Part shown: one piece after another, positions 19,882-29,014 of the stretch
Position numbering within the stretch: the first letter of the stretch is position 1
How the letters are laid out: each line of letters starts with the position of its first letter
Assembly: GCA_964401215.1 (NCBI GenBank)
Contig: CAYNXS010000002.1
Span: 1 to 51,142 of the forward strand
Origin: an uncultured Methanolinea sp.
Lineage (GTDB): Archaea; Halobacteriota; Methanomicrobia; Methanomicrobiales; Methanospirillaceae
DNA length: 51,142 bases
Reading direction: 5' to 3'
Program-made: the position numbers and the translations under genes
The notes under the pieces: generated by a model
Seen by the model: the letters and a program-made list of their open reading frames with translations, nothing else
What the model was told of the DNA's origin: nothing
Databases searched by the model: none

Positions 19882-20262
19882 ATGCCTCACCGATGTGTCA
19901 AGTGCGGGAGAGAATACCGGACCAATGAATGTGAGATCCTCAAGGGGTGCAGAGAGTGCGGAGGGAAGAAGTTCATCTTTGTTCCCCTTGTCGAGAGGCA
20001 GATAGAGCAAAAACCCCCTGAACACGTCACCGTAAGGGAGGAGAAAAAACCAAAGGAAGAGGAGAATGAAGACATTATTCCCGTTTCCGACTACAACCGC
20101 CTTGAGAGCATCAGGATTGTATCCCCGGGCACATACGAACTGAACATCGAAAAACTCGCAGGTTCGGATGAACGGGTCGTCGGGGTAGGGAAAGGGGAAG
20201 GCAGCTACCTTGTAGACCTTCTCTCCATGGTCAGGCCAAAAAAGAAGAAAAACAGGAAATAA
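19882..20262 (+). CDS. Zn-ribbon protein (CxxC...CxxC) with an acidic/basic tail, DUF2072-like
   Basis: MPHRCVKCGREYRTNECEILKGCRECGGKKFIF, then a Lys/Glu-rich linker and a KKKKNRK tail. A GGTGA Shine-Dalgarno sequence lies 5 nt upstream. Confidence 0.6.
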   Translation: MPHRCVKCGREYRTNECEILKGCRECGGKKFIFVPLVERQIEQKPPEHVTVREEKKPKEEENEDIIPVSDYNRLESIRIVSPGTYELNIEKLAGSDERVVGVGKGEGSYLVDLLSMVRPKKKKNRK

Positions 20263-20280
20263 GGTATAATCTAGATCATT

Positions 20281-20586
20281 TCAGTTGATATTATCCACGC
20301 TATATCCCTTGTTCACCAGCAGGTTCTTTACCCTCTCTTTGTGATTTCCCTGCAGCTCGATCGATGTTCCCTTCACCGTTCCGCCACATGCAAGTCTCCC
20401 TTTCATGTATTTGGAGAGGTCTTCAAGGTCGATATCCGTAGGGTTCAGGCCTTCGATCACGGTCACTTCTTTCCCGTACCGCCGCCTGTCGACCTTGACA
20501 CTGATCCGCTGTTGTTCCTTTGCGACTTCTTCGCAGATGCATAGCTCTTTCGGCAGTCCACACGTTGGACATATACCTCCGTTCAT
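20281..20586 (-). CDS. Translation initiation factor aSUI1 (eIF1 homologue)
   Basis: [20 protein letters not shown]...[13 protein letters not shown]...[15 protein letters not shown] is the SUI1 fold pattern. I prefer the ATG at 20586 because an AAATATATAA element is centred about 27 nt upstream, which would make the transcript leaderless. Confidence 0.85.
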   Translation of the reverse strand: MNGGICPTCGLPKELCICEEVAKEQQRISVKVDRRRYGKEVTVIEGLNPTDIDLEDLSKYMKGRLACGGTVKGTSIELQGNHKERVKNLLVNKGYSVDNIN

Positions 20587-20608
20587 CACAAGTACCTTCA
20601 AGTTCTCG

Positions 20609-20618
20609 TTATATATTT
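20609..20618 (-). promoter_or_regulatory. Putative TATA box for aSUI1
   Basis: The minus strand reads AAATATATAA, centred about 27 nt upstream of the ATG at 20586. Archaeal TATA boxes sit at about -26/-27. Confidence 0.4.
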
Positions 20619-20681
20619 GTTGGCATCATTAAAACCCGTTAAACACCGGATAGCACCTGATTTTCGGAAATTCATGAGTTC

Positions 20682-22334
20682 TCATGCATTCACGGTATCG
20701 ACCCTGCAGGTATCGCATCCCCTGGAGAGCACCTGGTCACCCCGGCTGTGGTAGCGGTAGACTGTGATCCCCTTACAGCCAAGATCCCGGGCACGTGTAA
20801 AGATACGGGAGATATCCTCCGGGGTGGCATCTTCCGGGAGGTTCACGGTCTTCGAGACGGCGTTGTCAACGTATTTCTGGAAGGTCGCCTGCATGTTCAC
20901 GTGATGGGTGGGATCGATCTCCCCTGCATTCCGGAAGAGTTCCCTGATTTCATCCGGCAATGCCAGGTGCTGAACACTCCCCGTCTTCATCATTTCTCTC
21001 ATGATCTCCCTTCCATTCGGCAGGTCCTTACAAAGGCGTTTTAATCCCGGGTGGATGATCCGGAACACCCTGCTCTCGATTCTCCTCTCTCCGGCACACG
21101 AGAAGATGGGTTCAATACCGCTGCTTGTGCAGGCTATCAGGTGCAGTGAGCCTGTCGGGGCGATGGTCGTGACCGTGGCATTCCTCATCGGTCCTGAGTA
21201 GATGCTACGGTCAATCGCCGGAAATGAACCTTTTTCTTCGCCCAGCGTGCGGGATGCATCATGGGACTCCTCCTGGATACACCGCATAATGCGTTCTCCA
21301 TACATGAGAGCTTCATCCGACTGGTAGGGAATCCCCATCTGGATAAGCGCATCTGCAAATCCCATCACACCAAGGCCAATCTTTCTTGTCTGAAGCGTCT
21401 GCGTTTTGATTCGCCGGATGGGGAATTTGTTCACATCAATCACTGCATCAAGGAATTCGACTGCCAGGTGCACAGTGTCAGAGAGTGATTCCCAGTCTAC
21501 CTCATTTACATGGATGAAGCGTGAAAGGTTGATGCTCCCCAGATTGCAGCTCTCCCAGGGGAGGAGTGGCTGTTCTCCGCATGGATTGGTGGCCTCCATC
21601 ACCCCAAGTCCCGGGACCGTGTTTTTCTCGTTGATACAATCAAGAAAGAGGGCCCCGGGATCCCCGCATTTCCACGCGGAACGTGACAGGGAATTCCAGA
21701 GATCACGGGGATCGATGTCACGGGAGACGGATCCGTCTCTGGGATTGACAAGGTCATACCGGTGTCCCTTCTCCAGGCATGAGAAGAATGCCCGGTCAAA
21801 ACCCACCGAGAGGTTGAAGTTCTGGAGTCCCCCTGCCTCTTTTGCCCGGATGAATTCGATGATATCAGGGTGGCTGCTCGCGAGCACGCCCATGTTCGCC
21901 CCCCTTCGCTTTCCTCCCTGCCTGAGGGCATTCGTGGCCTCATCAAAGACATGGATGAAAGAGAGGGGGCCGCTGGCGACTCCCGCTATGCCATTCACGA
22001 CATCGCCGCGTGGCCTGATATGTGAGAATGAGAAACCCGTTCCTCCCCCGCTCTTGTGGAGAAGTGCCGTATGTCCCAGCACCGAGAAAATCTGCCTGAT
22101 GGAGTCCTCCACGGGAAGCACAAAGCATGCAGAGAGCTGACCGGAACGGGTTCCTGCATTCATGAGGGTCGGTGAATTGGGAAGAAAACGAAGGTCACCC
22201 ATGATCTTTGAAAAACGCGATGTCTTTTTGGTCCCGACAGCGCGGGCAACCCTGCAAAACATTCCTTCAGGCGTCTCGCCCGGCAGCAGGTAGCGGCTGG
22301 CCAGGAGCATATTCGCCGGGTCACAGAGATCCAT
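20682..22334 (-). CDS. nrdJ: Adenosylcobalamin-dependent (class II) ribonucleotide reductase, short form
   Basis: 550 aa: LPNSPTLMNAGT..., the active-site region NPCGEQPLLPWESCNLGSINL, and a C-terminal Cys pair (GCDTC). Confidence 0.85.
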   Translation of the reverse strand: MDLCDPANMLLASRYLLPGETPEGMFCRVARAVGTKKTSRFSKIMGDLRFLPNSPTLMNAGTRSGQLSACFVLPVEDSIRQIFSVLGHTALLHKSGGGTGFSFSHIRPRGDVVNGIAGVASGPLSFIHVFDEATNALRQGGKRRGANMGVLASSHPDIIEFIRAKEAGGLQNFNLSVGFDRAFFSCLEKGHRYDLVNPRDGSVSRDIDPRDLWNSLSRSAWKCGDPGALFLDCINEKNTVPGLGVMEATNPCGEQPLLPWESCNLGSINLSRFIHVNEVDWESLSDTVHLAVEFLDAVIDVNKFPIRRIKTQTLQTRKIGLGVMGFADALIQMGIPYQSDEALMYGERIMRCIQEESHDASRTLGEEKGSFPAIDRSIYSGPMRNATVTTIAPTGSLHLIACTSSGIEPIFSCAGERRIESRVFRIIHPGLKRLCKDLPNGREIMREMMKTGSVQHLALPDEIRELFRNAGEIDPTHHVNMQATFQKYVDNAVSKTVNLPEDATPEDISRIFTRARDLGCKGITVYRYHSRGDQVLSRGCDTCRVDTVNA

Positions 22335-22354
22335 TACGAGTGAGAGGAATGCCC

Positions 22355-22365
22355 TTTATTTAAAA
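22355..22365. promoter_or_regulatory. Putative shared bidirectional TATA element between nrdJ and cobQ
   Basis: TTTATTTAAAA is centred at 22360. That is 26 nt from the nrdJ ATG (22334, minus strand) and 26 nt from the cobQ ATG at 22386 (plus strand). Confidence 0.4.
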
Positions 22366-22385
22366 TCATGCCGATTTTTACATGT

Positions 22386-23822
22386 ATGTCCATTATGGTG
22401 CTGGGTACCTCTTCCCATGCAGGGAAGAGCACGGTCGTCGCTGCGCTGTGCAGAGTCCTGGCCAATAAGGGCATCAGCGTGGTTCCGTTCAAGTCCCAGA
22501 ACATGAGCCTGAATTCTTACGTCACCCGTGATGGATGCGAGATAGGGATTGCCCAGGCAATACAGGCATTTGCCGCACGGGTGGAACCGCGGCCCGAGAT
22601 GAACCCTGTGCTCCTGAAACCAAAGGGCGATGCCACGTCACAGGTTGTCCTGATGGGGCATCCCTACAAGGATGTCCCCGCACGGGAATATTACAAAGAG
22701 ACCTCCTCTCTCCTTGAAAAGGCCGTCGGAGCTGCCCGTGTTCTTGAGAGGGAGTATGGGCATCTCGTTGTCGAAGGGGCCGGGGGGGCTGCGGAGGTGA
22801 ACCTCTACTCCCGGGATATTGCCAATATCCTGCTCGCAAGAGCGCTACAGTTCCCTATCATCCTCGTGGCTGACATCGAACGGGGCGGTGTATTCGCGCA
22901 GGTATACGGCACCATGAAACTCCTCCCTGATGATATCGCACCTCTCGTGAAGGGTATCATTATCAATAAATTCCGTGGTGATCCTGCCATCTTTGCAGAG
23001 GGTATCAATATCCTGGAAGAGATAAGCGGTGTCCCCGTCCTGGGAGTCCTTCCGTATGCTACAATCGACCTCCCCAGTGAAGACTCGCTCTCTCTTGGAG
23101 AGAAAAAGGCAGGAGTTTTCCCGGTTCGGATTGCCATCATCAGGCTGCCCCATATCTCTAATTTTTCCGATTTCGAAGCACTCGAGCGCCGCGCCCGGGT
23201 TGAGTATACTCCCCTTGGAGATTCCCTTGAGAACTTTGACTGCATCATAGTCCCGGGAACAAAGAACACGGTGGATGATCTCTCACACCTGTGGAACTCG
23301 GGATCCGCTCGTATGATCCAGCATGCTCACAAAAGGGGCGTTCCCGTCATTGGGATCTGTGGCGGCTACCAGATGCTTGGAAAAGAGGTTATAGATTCAG
23401 GTGTGGAGTCCTGCGAGGGAACCCACCGCGGGCTGGGTATCCTCGATGTCGTGACCCGCTTTGATCGGTATGAGAAACGAACCGAGCAGGTCACACTCGC
23501 GGCACGACCGGTAGGGCCGATCCTCTCTCATATGGGGCAAGTATCAGGTTATGAAATCCACATGGGAGTGACCGAGCGTGGTAAGGAGGCAGAGGCATTC
23601 GATGGTGATGGTGCGGTCTCGAAGGATGGTATGGTGTTCGGCACGTATCTTCACGGCCTTTTTTCAAACACCTCTGCGGTGGATGCCCTGCTCTCGTTTC
23701 TCTATACCAGGAAAGGGCTGTCATATACACCATGCCTGAATGTCTCTGATCCATACGATGATCTCGCAGATCTCTTCTTACTCCACGTCCGGACAGATCT
23801 TCTCCTCGGGTATTTTGAGTGA
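22386..23822 (+). CDS. cobQ: Cobyric acid synthase (CobQ/CbiP)
   Basis: [23 protein letters not shown] (a P-loop-like N-domain) plus a C-terminal glutamine amidotransferase segment with [10 protein letters not shown]...YLHGLF. I set the start at 22386 because the listed ATG at 22368 sits only 2 nt from the TATA-like element. Confidence 0.85.
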   Translation: MSIMVLGTSSHAGKSTVVAALCRVLANKGISVVPFKSQNMSLNSYVTRDGCEIGIAQAIQAFAARVEPRPEMNPVLLKPKGDATSQVVLMGHPYKDVPAREYYKETSSLLEKAVGAARVLEREYGHLVVEGAGGAAEVNLYSRDIANILLARALQFPIILVADIERGGVFAQVYGTMKLLPDDIAPLVKGIIINKFRGDPAIFAEGINILEEISGVPVLGVLPYATIDLPSEDSLSLGEKKAGVFPVRIAIIRLPHISNFSDFEALERRARVEYTPLGDSLENFDCIIVPGTKNTVDDLSHLWNSGSARMIQHAHKRGVPVIGICGGYQMLGKEVIDSGVESCEGTHRGLGILDVVTRFDRYEKRTEQVTLAARPVGPILSHMGQVSGYEIHMGVTERGKEAEAFDGDGAVSKDGMVFGTYLHGLFSNTSAVDALLSFLYTRKGLSYTPCLNVSDPYDDLADLFLLHVRTDLLLGYFE

Positions 23823-23934
23823 TTCTTGCATATCCGGTAACCAGAACCCGCATTCCGCCTGCCTGTATCGACAGGGGGATTTTTCAGGGAGGACGATCAA
23901 CCTCAGTTGCAGAGAGAGGCGAGGTGGATACGTC

Positions 23935-24273
23935 ATGCCCATGAGGGTTTCAATCACCATTGATCCGGACACCATGGACCTAATCGATAAATTTGCCAAG
24001 GAGCACGGCCTTGACAGGAACAGGGCAATTCTTGAATGCATTGAACAGGGTTACGCAAGGCTAACCGATGGAACGCCGGTCACATTCAACGAGACCAGGG
24101 CATTTGAGGAATACAACGATCTCAAACATGCCATAACAGACGTGAAATCATCCCTCGAAAGGCTTACAGAAGAAGTCAGGCTGATGCACCACACGGTTGA
24201 GGTCGAGTGGAGCAATGAGGTCCGCCCTGTACCTTACCAGAGCAGAAAGTGGTTCGAATTCTGGAGAACCTGA
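23935..24273 (+). CDS. Ribbon-helix-helix (CopG-like) protein with a C-terminal helical region
   Basis: I trimmed the start to the ATG at 23935, which has a GGTGGA Shine-Dalgarno sequence upstream. MPMRVSITIDPDTMDLIDKFAKEHGLDRNRAILECIEQGY fits a beta-strand/helix/helix RHH pattern. Confidence 0.6.
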   Translation: MPMRVSITIDPDTMDLIDKFAKEHGLDRNRAILECIEQGYARLTDGTPVTFNETRAFEEYNDLKHAITDVKSSLERLTEEVRLMHHTVEVEWSNEVRPVPYQSRKWFEFWRT

Positions 24274-24301
24274 CACTCTCATCCAGGGGACCGGCATCTC
24301 A

Positions 24302-24568
24302 TTATCCGATGATACTCATCATGCTCCTGTAACCTTCGCCACGCTTATCCCCACATTTCACTGCTTCCACTTTTTTCATGTTGACCTCATTGGCATCGCG
24401 GTGCCGGAGGCAGAATGCCAGCGCTGGTGATTTGACATACACGCCATCAACCCTGAAAAAGCGTGAATGAACACAGAATCTGCAATGGTCCACGGTTTCA
24501 TCATATCCGGGAAGGCATGGAACTTTACCATCGCGCACTTCAAGGATCCGGTACTCATCATCTGGCAT
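24302..24568 (-). CDS. Hypothetical small Cys-containing protein
   Basis: 88-aa ORF with five Cys residues, including CRFC. I recognise no family. It is convergent with the RHH gene. Confidence 0.35.
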   Translation of the reverse strand: MPDDEYRILEVRDGKVPCLPGYDETVDHCRFCVHSRFFRVDGVYVKSPALAFCLRHRDANEVNMKKVEAVKCGDKRGEGYRSMMSIIG

Positions 24569-24794
24569 GATTGCTCACACGAATATTCACTCCAGGGTTA
24601 TAAGTACACTTCAGCGGGCATTTGAGGGAAGGGTTATGTGAAATACTCTTGTAAGTGCCGGGAAACATCGCCATTATGGGGATTTTATTCAGAAATTGTT
24701 GAGATGTGTCGCCGCATTCATGAGGTTTTCCCTGACAGGAACAGTGCTCAGGATTATGATGGGGATCGTTCAGTCTTTGCAGAGGGGTTTGTAT

Positions 24795-26078
24795 CTATCG
24801 GCCTGATGAAATCCGGATCTTCTTTCCAAGCAGTGATGAGATCTCCGTTTCCATGCGGGAATAACTTGCAGGTATCTGTGGAAGAATCTCCTCTCGTTTT
24901 CCCTTGAGTTCCAAAAGGCGCTTCTCCTTCTCTTTGATACTGGTCTCGAGGGATGTTAGTTCAGATTCTATGCTCTCAAGGTCAAGGATCGGAGGATATG
25001 CTGCCAGGCGGTGGTTCGTCTCGTCTGCCTTCTGATGAATACTATCCCACTGTTTCAGAAGGCCGTACAGGATCGAAGGTATCTTTTCATGATCTGCGAG
25101 GAGGGTTCTCTCCTCGTGGTTTTTCAACTGTATATCGCCGGACTGGATCATGCTCACTACGATAGGGAGGACCGTTGTTATGCCCTTCTTGACTTCCTCG
25201 GCAGGGGGCATCCCGTTTCCTGTAAGCAGGGTAGCTACCTGGTTCAGTTCCTTTGCGAGTTTTTCGGAAGCCCCGTGATGCGCTATCTTTTCTGCTTTTC
25301 GAAGGACATGCGCAAGCGTTGAGACGACAGTGTGCGCTTCCCTCTCTGCGTCACGCAATGCATGTTCCACAGAAGAAACCTCATCTTTAAGGTCCCTGTA
25401 TGCGGGATCGTTCTCAAGCGCTCTTTCAGACACCTCCTTGTGTTCATGACGTTTCTTGAAGGTGAGATTGAGATCTGCGATTTCTGCTTCTATTACAGGG
25501 ATATCCCGCGAGAGTCCCTGGATGGTTGATTCCATCTCCATGGTATGGGCTATTGATTCGCGGAGCGCACTCACTTTTTCCTTTCTCCTCCTCCATTCAG
25601 CAACCCTCGGGGTGAGGATATTGATCTCCTTTCCGAATGCGTCAACGAGCAGCCCGATCTCCTTCATCTCTTCCGGGAGCACATTCCTCAGATATCGTCC
25701 AGGTCCGGCAAGCCCTTTCACGCATCCCTTCAGGATCTCGGTACAGGCCTGGTAGAACGCATCGGGATCCTCAGGCAGCTGACGGTTTAGCGCAAAAAGA
25801 AGGGCTTTTTCACACTGGGGAAGGGAATTTTTCGCAATTTTCTCAAGTTTGGGATGAAATGCAACTTCCCTCTCAGTTTTTGAGAGAGCGTTGACCGCAA
25901 TGATCAGGTTATCCCTGATCTCGAGAATCCTCGTACGTCCATCAGATGTCGATTGTGAATACTCGTCTTCCCATGCCCTCTCATTGAGTGAGAGAATACC
26001 AGGTATTTCATCGGGCGTAACCTCCTGGATATCCTCAACCTCTTTCCGGCCAAGAAGATCTTTTACTCTGCGGAACAT
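24795..26078 (-). CDS. Hypothetical alpha-helical / coiled-coil protein
   Basis: 427 aa, rich in Glu, Lys and Leu with heptad-like stretches (for example ESELTSLETSIKEKEKRLLELKGKREE). It starts 7 nt after the nadM stop, so it is probably co-transcribed. Confidence 0.6.
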   Translation of the reverse strand: MFRRVKDLLGRKEVEDIQEVTPDEIPGILSLNERAWEDEYSQSTSDGRTRILEIRDNLIIAVNALSKTEREVAFHPKLEKIAKNSLPQCEKALLFALNRQLPEDPDAFYQACTEILKGCVKGLAGPGRYLRNVLPEEMKEIGLLVDAFGKEINILTPRVAEWRRRKEKVSALRESIAHTMEMESTIQGLSRDIPVIEAEIADLNLTFKKRHEHKEVSERALENDPAYRDLKDEVSSVEHALRDAEREAHTVVSTLAHVLRKAEKIAHHGASEKLAKELNQVATLLTGNGMPPAEEVKKGITTVLPIVVSMIQSGDIQLKNHEERTLLADHEKIPSILYGLLKQWDSIHQKADETNHRLAAYPPILDLESIESELTSLETSIKEKEKRLLELKGKREEILPQIPASYSRMETEISSLLGKKIRISSGR

Positions 26079-26085
26079 TCAAATC

Positions 26086-26613
26086 TCACGATACTTCGCG
26101 GCAATCGCCATCGCTTCTCGCAATCTGTCGTATCCGTCCTGCCCCGTCAATCTCCCGCATAACCTGCACCACTGCAGGAGGAACCAGCGACTCCCATAGA
26201 TCACCGGCAAGAATACGCCGCCGTATCTCCGTCCCGCTGTGCGATTCCCGTTCGTACATCACCGGGGTCTCCACAGGAATCCCCTCTTCTTCAAAAAGGC
26301 GGATTACCAGGGGATTGCCCGAGTACACGAGATCGAAAGGAGGAGCCATCGAACGAACATGGGCAACCCACAGAGCGTTCCTCCTGATATCCTCAATGGG
26401 GATGACATACAAAGGACACCCGATACCTTCCAGTGCGCGGGTGATCATCAGGATCCTCTCTCCCGCAGTGAAGGGATTGTCGGCCTCGTGTGAGAGCTGA
26501 GCACTGCCAATACCGATGATGATCTCGTCAGCACTTCCTGCGATGTTCTCAAGGATATGCTGGTGCCCGTTGTGGTATGGCTGGAACCTTCCAATGTAAA
26601 AAACCCTGCTCAT
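26086..26613 (-). CDS. nadM: Nicotinamide-nucleotide adenylyltransferase (archaeal NMNAT)
   Basis: 175 aa with [19 protein letters not shown], the (H/T)xGH nucleotidyltransferase motif in the archaeal NMNAT context. Confidence 0.85.
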   Translation of the reverse strand: MSRVFYIGRFQPYHNGHQHILENIAGSADEIIIGIGSAQLSHEADNPFTAGERILMITRALEGIGCPLYVIPIEDIRRNALWVAHVRSMAPPFDLVYSGNPLVIRLFEEEGIPVETPVMYERESHSGTEIRRRILAGDLWESLVPPAVVQVMREIDGAGRIRQIARSDGDCREVS

Positions 26614-27386
26614 ATCTTCCTCGCCATGTTGGCAATCTGGGCTGCAAACGCCCCCGCGACAAACCCGGCATCAATATTGACGACCGCGATCACCGAGCAT
26701 GACTGAAGCATACTGGCAAGTGCCGCCCTTCCGCGACCCATATACCCATATCCTGTGCTCACCGGGACCCCGATAACCGGTCGATCAACGAGTCCTGCTA
26801 CAACCCCTGGCAAGGTCCCCTCTCTCCCGGCAGCCACGACAAAGACATGTGCATCGAGACACTTCTTTATGGCAGGAAACAAGCGGTGGATTCCCGCCGC
26901 GCCCACGTCATATGCGGTCTTTACCTGGCATCCCATTTCACTCGCGATGACCCTCGCCTCTTCGGCAACACGGATGTCCGAGGTCCCCGCAGTGATAATC
27001 GCCACGATCCCTCCATCTGCTGCAGGTGCAGGGGATGTGGAGATCACCGCCATCGATGCCTGCTCGTGTGACTCGAGCAGAAAATTCCTGTCCCTGCAGA
27101 GGACAGCAAGGGCAGCAGAATGATCAGGGGACAACCGCGATACAATAATCCTCCGTCCCTCCCGGACCGCCTTTTCGGATATCTCTGAAACCTGCAATGG
27201 AGTCTTACCTTCGGCAAGTATCACCTCAGGGATACCGCACCTCACACTCCTCCCTGCATCAAGGTTTGCCATCCCGGCCACCATATCTATCCGAAGCCCG
27301 TTGATCTCTTTGATGGTGTCTTCGAGGGTTATCCTGCCCTCCTTGAACCCTGAAAGCACTTCTTCGACGCGGTGATTCGATGGCAT
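26610..27386 (-). CDS. larB: LarB-type PurE-like carboxylase/hydrolase (pyridinium-3,5-biscarboxylic acid mononucleotide synthase family)
   Basis: [16 protein letters not shown]...[32 protein letters not shown] is an AIR-carboxylase-like C-domain preceded by the LarB-type N-domain. I trimmed the start to the ATG at 27386. There is an ATGA overlap with nadM. Confidence 0.7.
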   Translation of the reverse strand: MPSNHRVEEVLSGFKEGRITLEDTIKEINGLRIDMVAGMANLDAGRSVRCGIPEVILAEGKTPLQVSEISEKAVREGRRIIVSRLSPDHSAALAVLCRDRNFLLESHEQASMAVISTSPAPAADGGIVAIITAGTSDIRVAEEARVIASEMGCQVKTAYDVGAAGIHRLFPAIKKCLDAHVFVVAAGREGTLPGVVAGLVDRPVIGVPVSTGYGYMGRGRAALASMLQSCSVIAVVNIDAGFVAGAFAAQIANMARKI

Positions 27387-27435
27387 GCTGTGATAATTAA
27401 GATATGGGCCGGGGTATAATAATTGATGCAACAGC

Positions 27436-27762
27436 ATGAGTTACCTCGTCTATGTTGCCCTGTTTGGAATGCTGGTGGTATTCTTCTTATGGCTCCGCGA
27501 TGCCAGGATTTTCCTGCGCACCGGTCTTCCCGGGTACCGGAATGCGGCGTTCCGCGGAGTATTGTATGGAGCACTGGCGATACTCGGCTTTGCATTCACC
27601 AATTTCTCAACGGAACGTTTCCCGACCGAACTTCTGGGCCTTGGGATAATCCTCGCTGCACTCTATTTTCAGGGGAAGATCACAAGGGAAAAAGTATTTT
27701 CTGATGAGAATGCCTGGGATCGCCTGACGGGAAACGCTCCCAGGAGCATTATACCGCCATAA
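27436..27762 (+). CDS. Hypothetical small membrane protein
   Basis: 108 aa with three hydrophobic segments (YLVYVALFGMLVVFFLWL, VLYGALAILGFAF, LGLGIILAALYF). Confidence 0.5.
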   Translation: MSYLVYVALFGMLVVFFLWLRDARIFLRTGLPGYRNAAFRGVLYGALAILGFAFTNFSTERFPTELLGLGIILAALYFQGKITREKVFSDENAWDRLTGNAPRSIIPP

Positions 27763-27781
27763 AGGGGGATTTGAGTCACCG

Positions 27782-29014
27782 ATGCTTCAAAAACCGCGTG
27801 GTACACGGGATTTTCTCCCGGATGAGATGGAATCGAGGCGTGAAGTCGAGAGCATGATGCGGAAAATTTCCGGGACCTGGGGTTACCGGGAGATCTGCAC
27901 TCCGGAATTCGAGGAACTTGACCTCTTCACTGTCCGATCAGGTGAGGGGATCATCCAGGAGATGTACGTCTTTGAAGATAAGGGAGGGAGAAAACTTGCC
28001 CTCCGGCCTGAACTTACCGCTCCGGTACTGCGAATGTATGTCAACGAGGGGAAGACACTCCCAAAACCCCTCCGCTGGTTTTACTTTGCAGACTGCTTCC
28101 GCTATGAACGACCCCAGAAAGGCCGTTATCGCCAGTTCTGGCAGTTCGGTGTCGAGCTGATAGGCGCAGATACGCCTTTTGCAGAAGCGGAAGTGATCAT
28201 GCTCGCCCATGAAATCCTCTCATCCTGTGGCATTTCCTTTACTCTCCACGTCAGTCACCTCTCGTTCATGCGTAACATTCTTAAGGAACTTGACCCGGCA
28301 GACCAGAAGAGATCCAGGATGTTTCTCGACAAGAGGGACACTGCAGGGCTTGAGGAATATCTCTCATCAAGGGATCAATCATCCCTCTCTGAACGCCTTA
28401 TCACGCTCGCAGGGTGTCGTGACCTCGGGGAGGCTTTTACAATAACCGGTGATTTCCCGGAGCGGGGAAGAATAGAGGAATTATTCAATATTCTGGAACA
28501 GTCTGGAATACCGTATACCCTCAATCCCGGTATTGCCCGGGGTCTTGATTACTATACCGGCATGGTCTTTGAGGCCTTCGCCGAGAACCTTGGAGCAGAG
28601 AACCAGGTGCTTGGCGGGGGGACATATCGCCTGGCCCACCTTTTCGGAGGCGAGGATACCCCCTCGTGCGGGTTCGCCATTGGGTTTGACCGCATCATGG
28701 TTGCGAGAGGTGAGAAGCCTGCAGCAGTCGGGAAGTCTGCAGGCGTTGCGTGTACCAGCGAGGGACGATCATGGGCTCTCCATGTTGCAGGAAAGTTCCG
28801 CAAAGCCGGGATCCGCACACTCTTCGATCTTACGGGGAAGTCAATCGGGCAGCAACTCTCATGGATATCGCGATTCGCTGACTACGCCATTATTATCGGG
28901 TCACGGGAACAGGAAACCAGCACGGTCACGCTCAAGGATCTCCATTCAGGTGTCCAGAAGACCCTCTCGCTCCAGGATGCTTTGCAGGAGGTGTGCGGCG
29001 GTGACACTCGCTGA
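27782..29014 (+). CDS. hisS: Histidyl-tRNA synthetase
   Basis: 410 aa: PRGTRDFLP..., class II motif 2 region FRYERPQKGRYRQFWQ, and GGGRYD-like GGGTYRL. Confidence 0.9.
   Translation: MLQKPRGTRDFLPDEMESRREVESMMRKISGTWGYREICTPEFEELDLFTVRSGEGIIQEMYVFEDKGGRKLALRPELTAPVLRMYVNEGKTLPKPLRWFYFADCFRYERPQKGRYRQFWQFGVELIGADTPFAEAEVIMLAHEILSSCGISFTLHVSHLSFMRNILKELDPADQKRSRMFLDKRDTAGLEEYLSSRDQSSLSERLITLAGCRDLGEAFTITGDFPERGRIEELFNILEQSGIPYTLNPGIARGLDYYTGMVFEAFAENLGAENQVLGGGTYRLAHLFGGEDTPSCGFAIGFDRIMVARGEKPAAVGKSAGVACTSEGRSWALHVAGKFRKAGIRTLFDLTGKSIGQQLSWISRFADYAIIIGSREQETSTVTLKDLHSGVQKTLSLQDALQEVCGGDTR

Noticed and set aside
22335-22385. A cobalamin riboswitch between the B12-dependent RNR gene and cobQ
   Set aside because: The spacer is only about 50 nt, far too short for a cobalamin riboswitch, and contains only a TATA-like element.
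24638-24907. 89-aa GTG-initiated + strand ORF in the non-coding gap after the 88-aa gene
   Set aside because: Its 3' third overlaps the coiled-coil gene on the opposite strand, and it has no Shine-Dalgarno sequence or motif. I treat it as spurious, although an sRNA or micro-ORF in 24569-24794 cannot be excluded.
28533-29000. N-terminal ~155 aa of the listed 757-aa ORF (top6B frame)
   Set aside because: This part lies entirely inside hisS in another frame and is Arg/Ser/Pro-rich junk. Top6B homology starts at about 29001.
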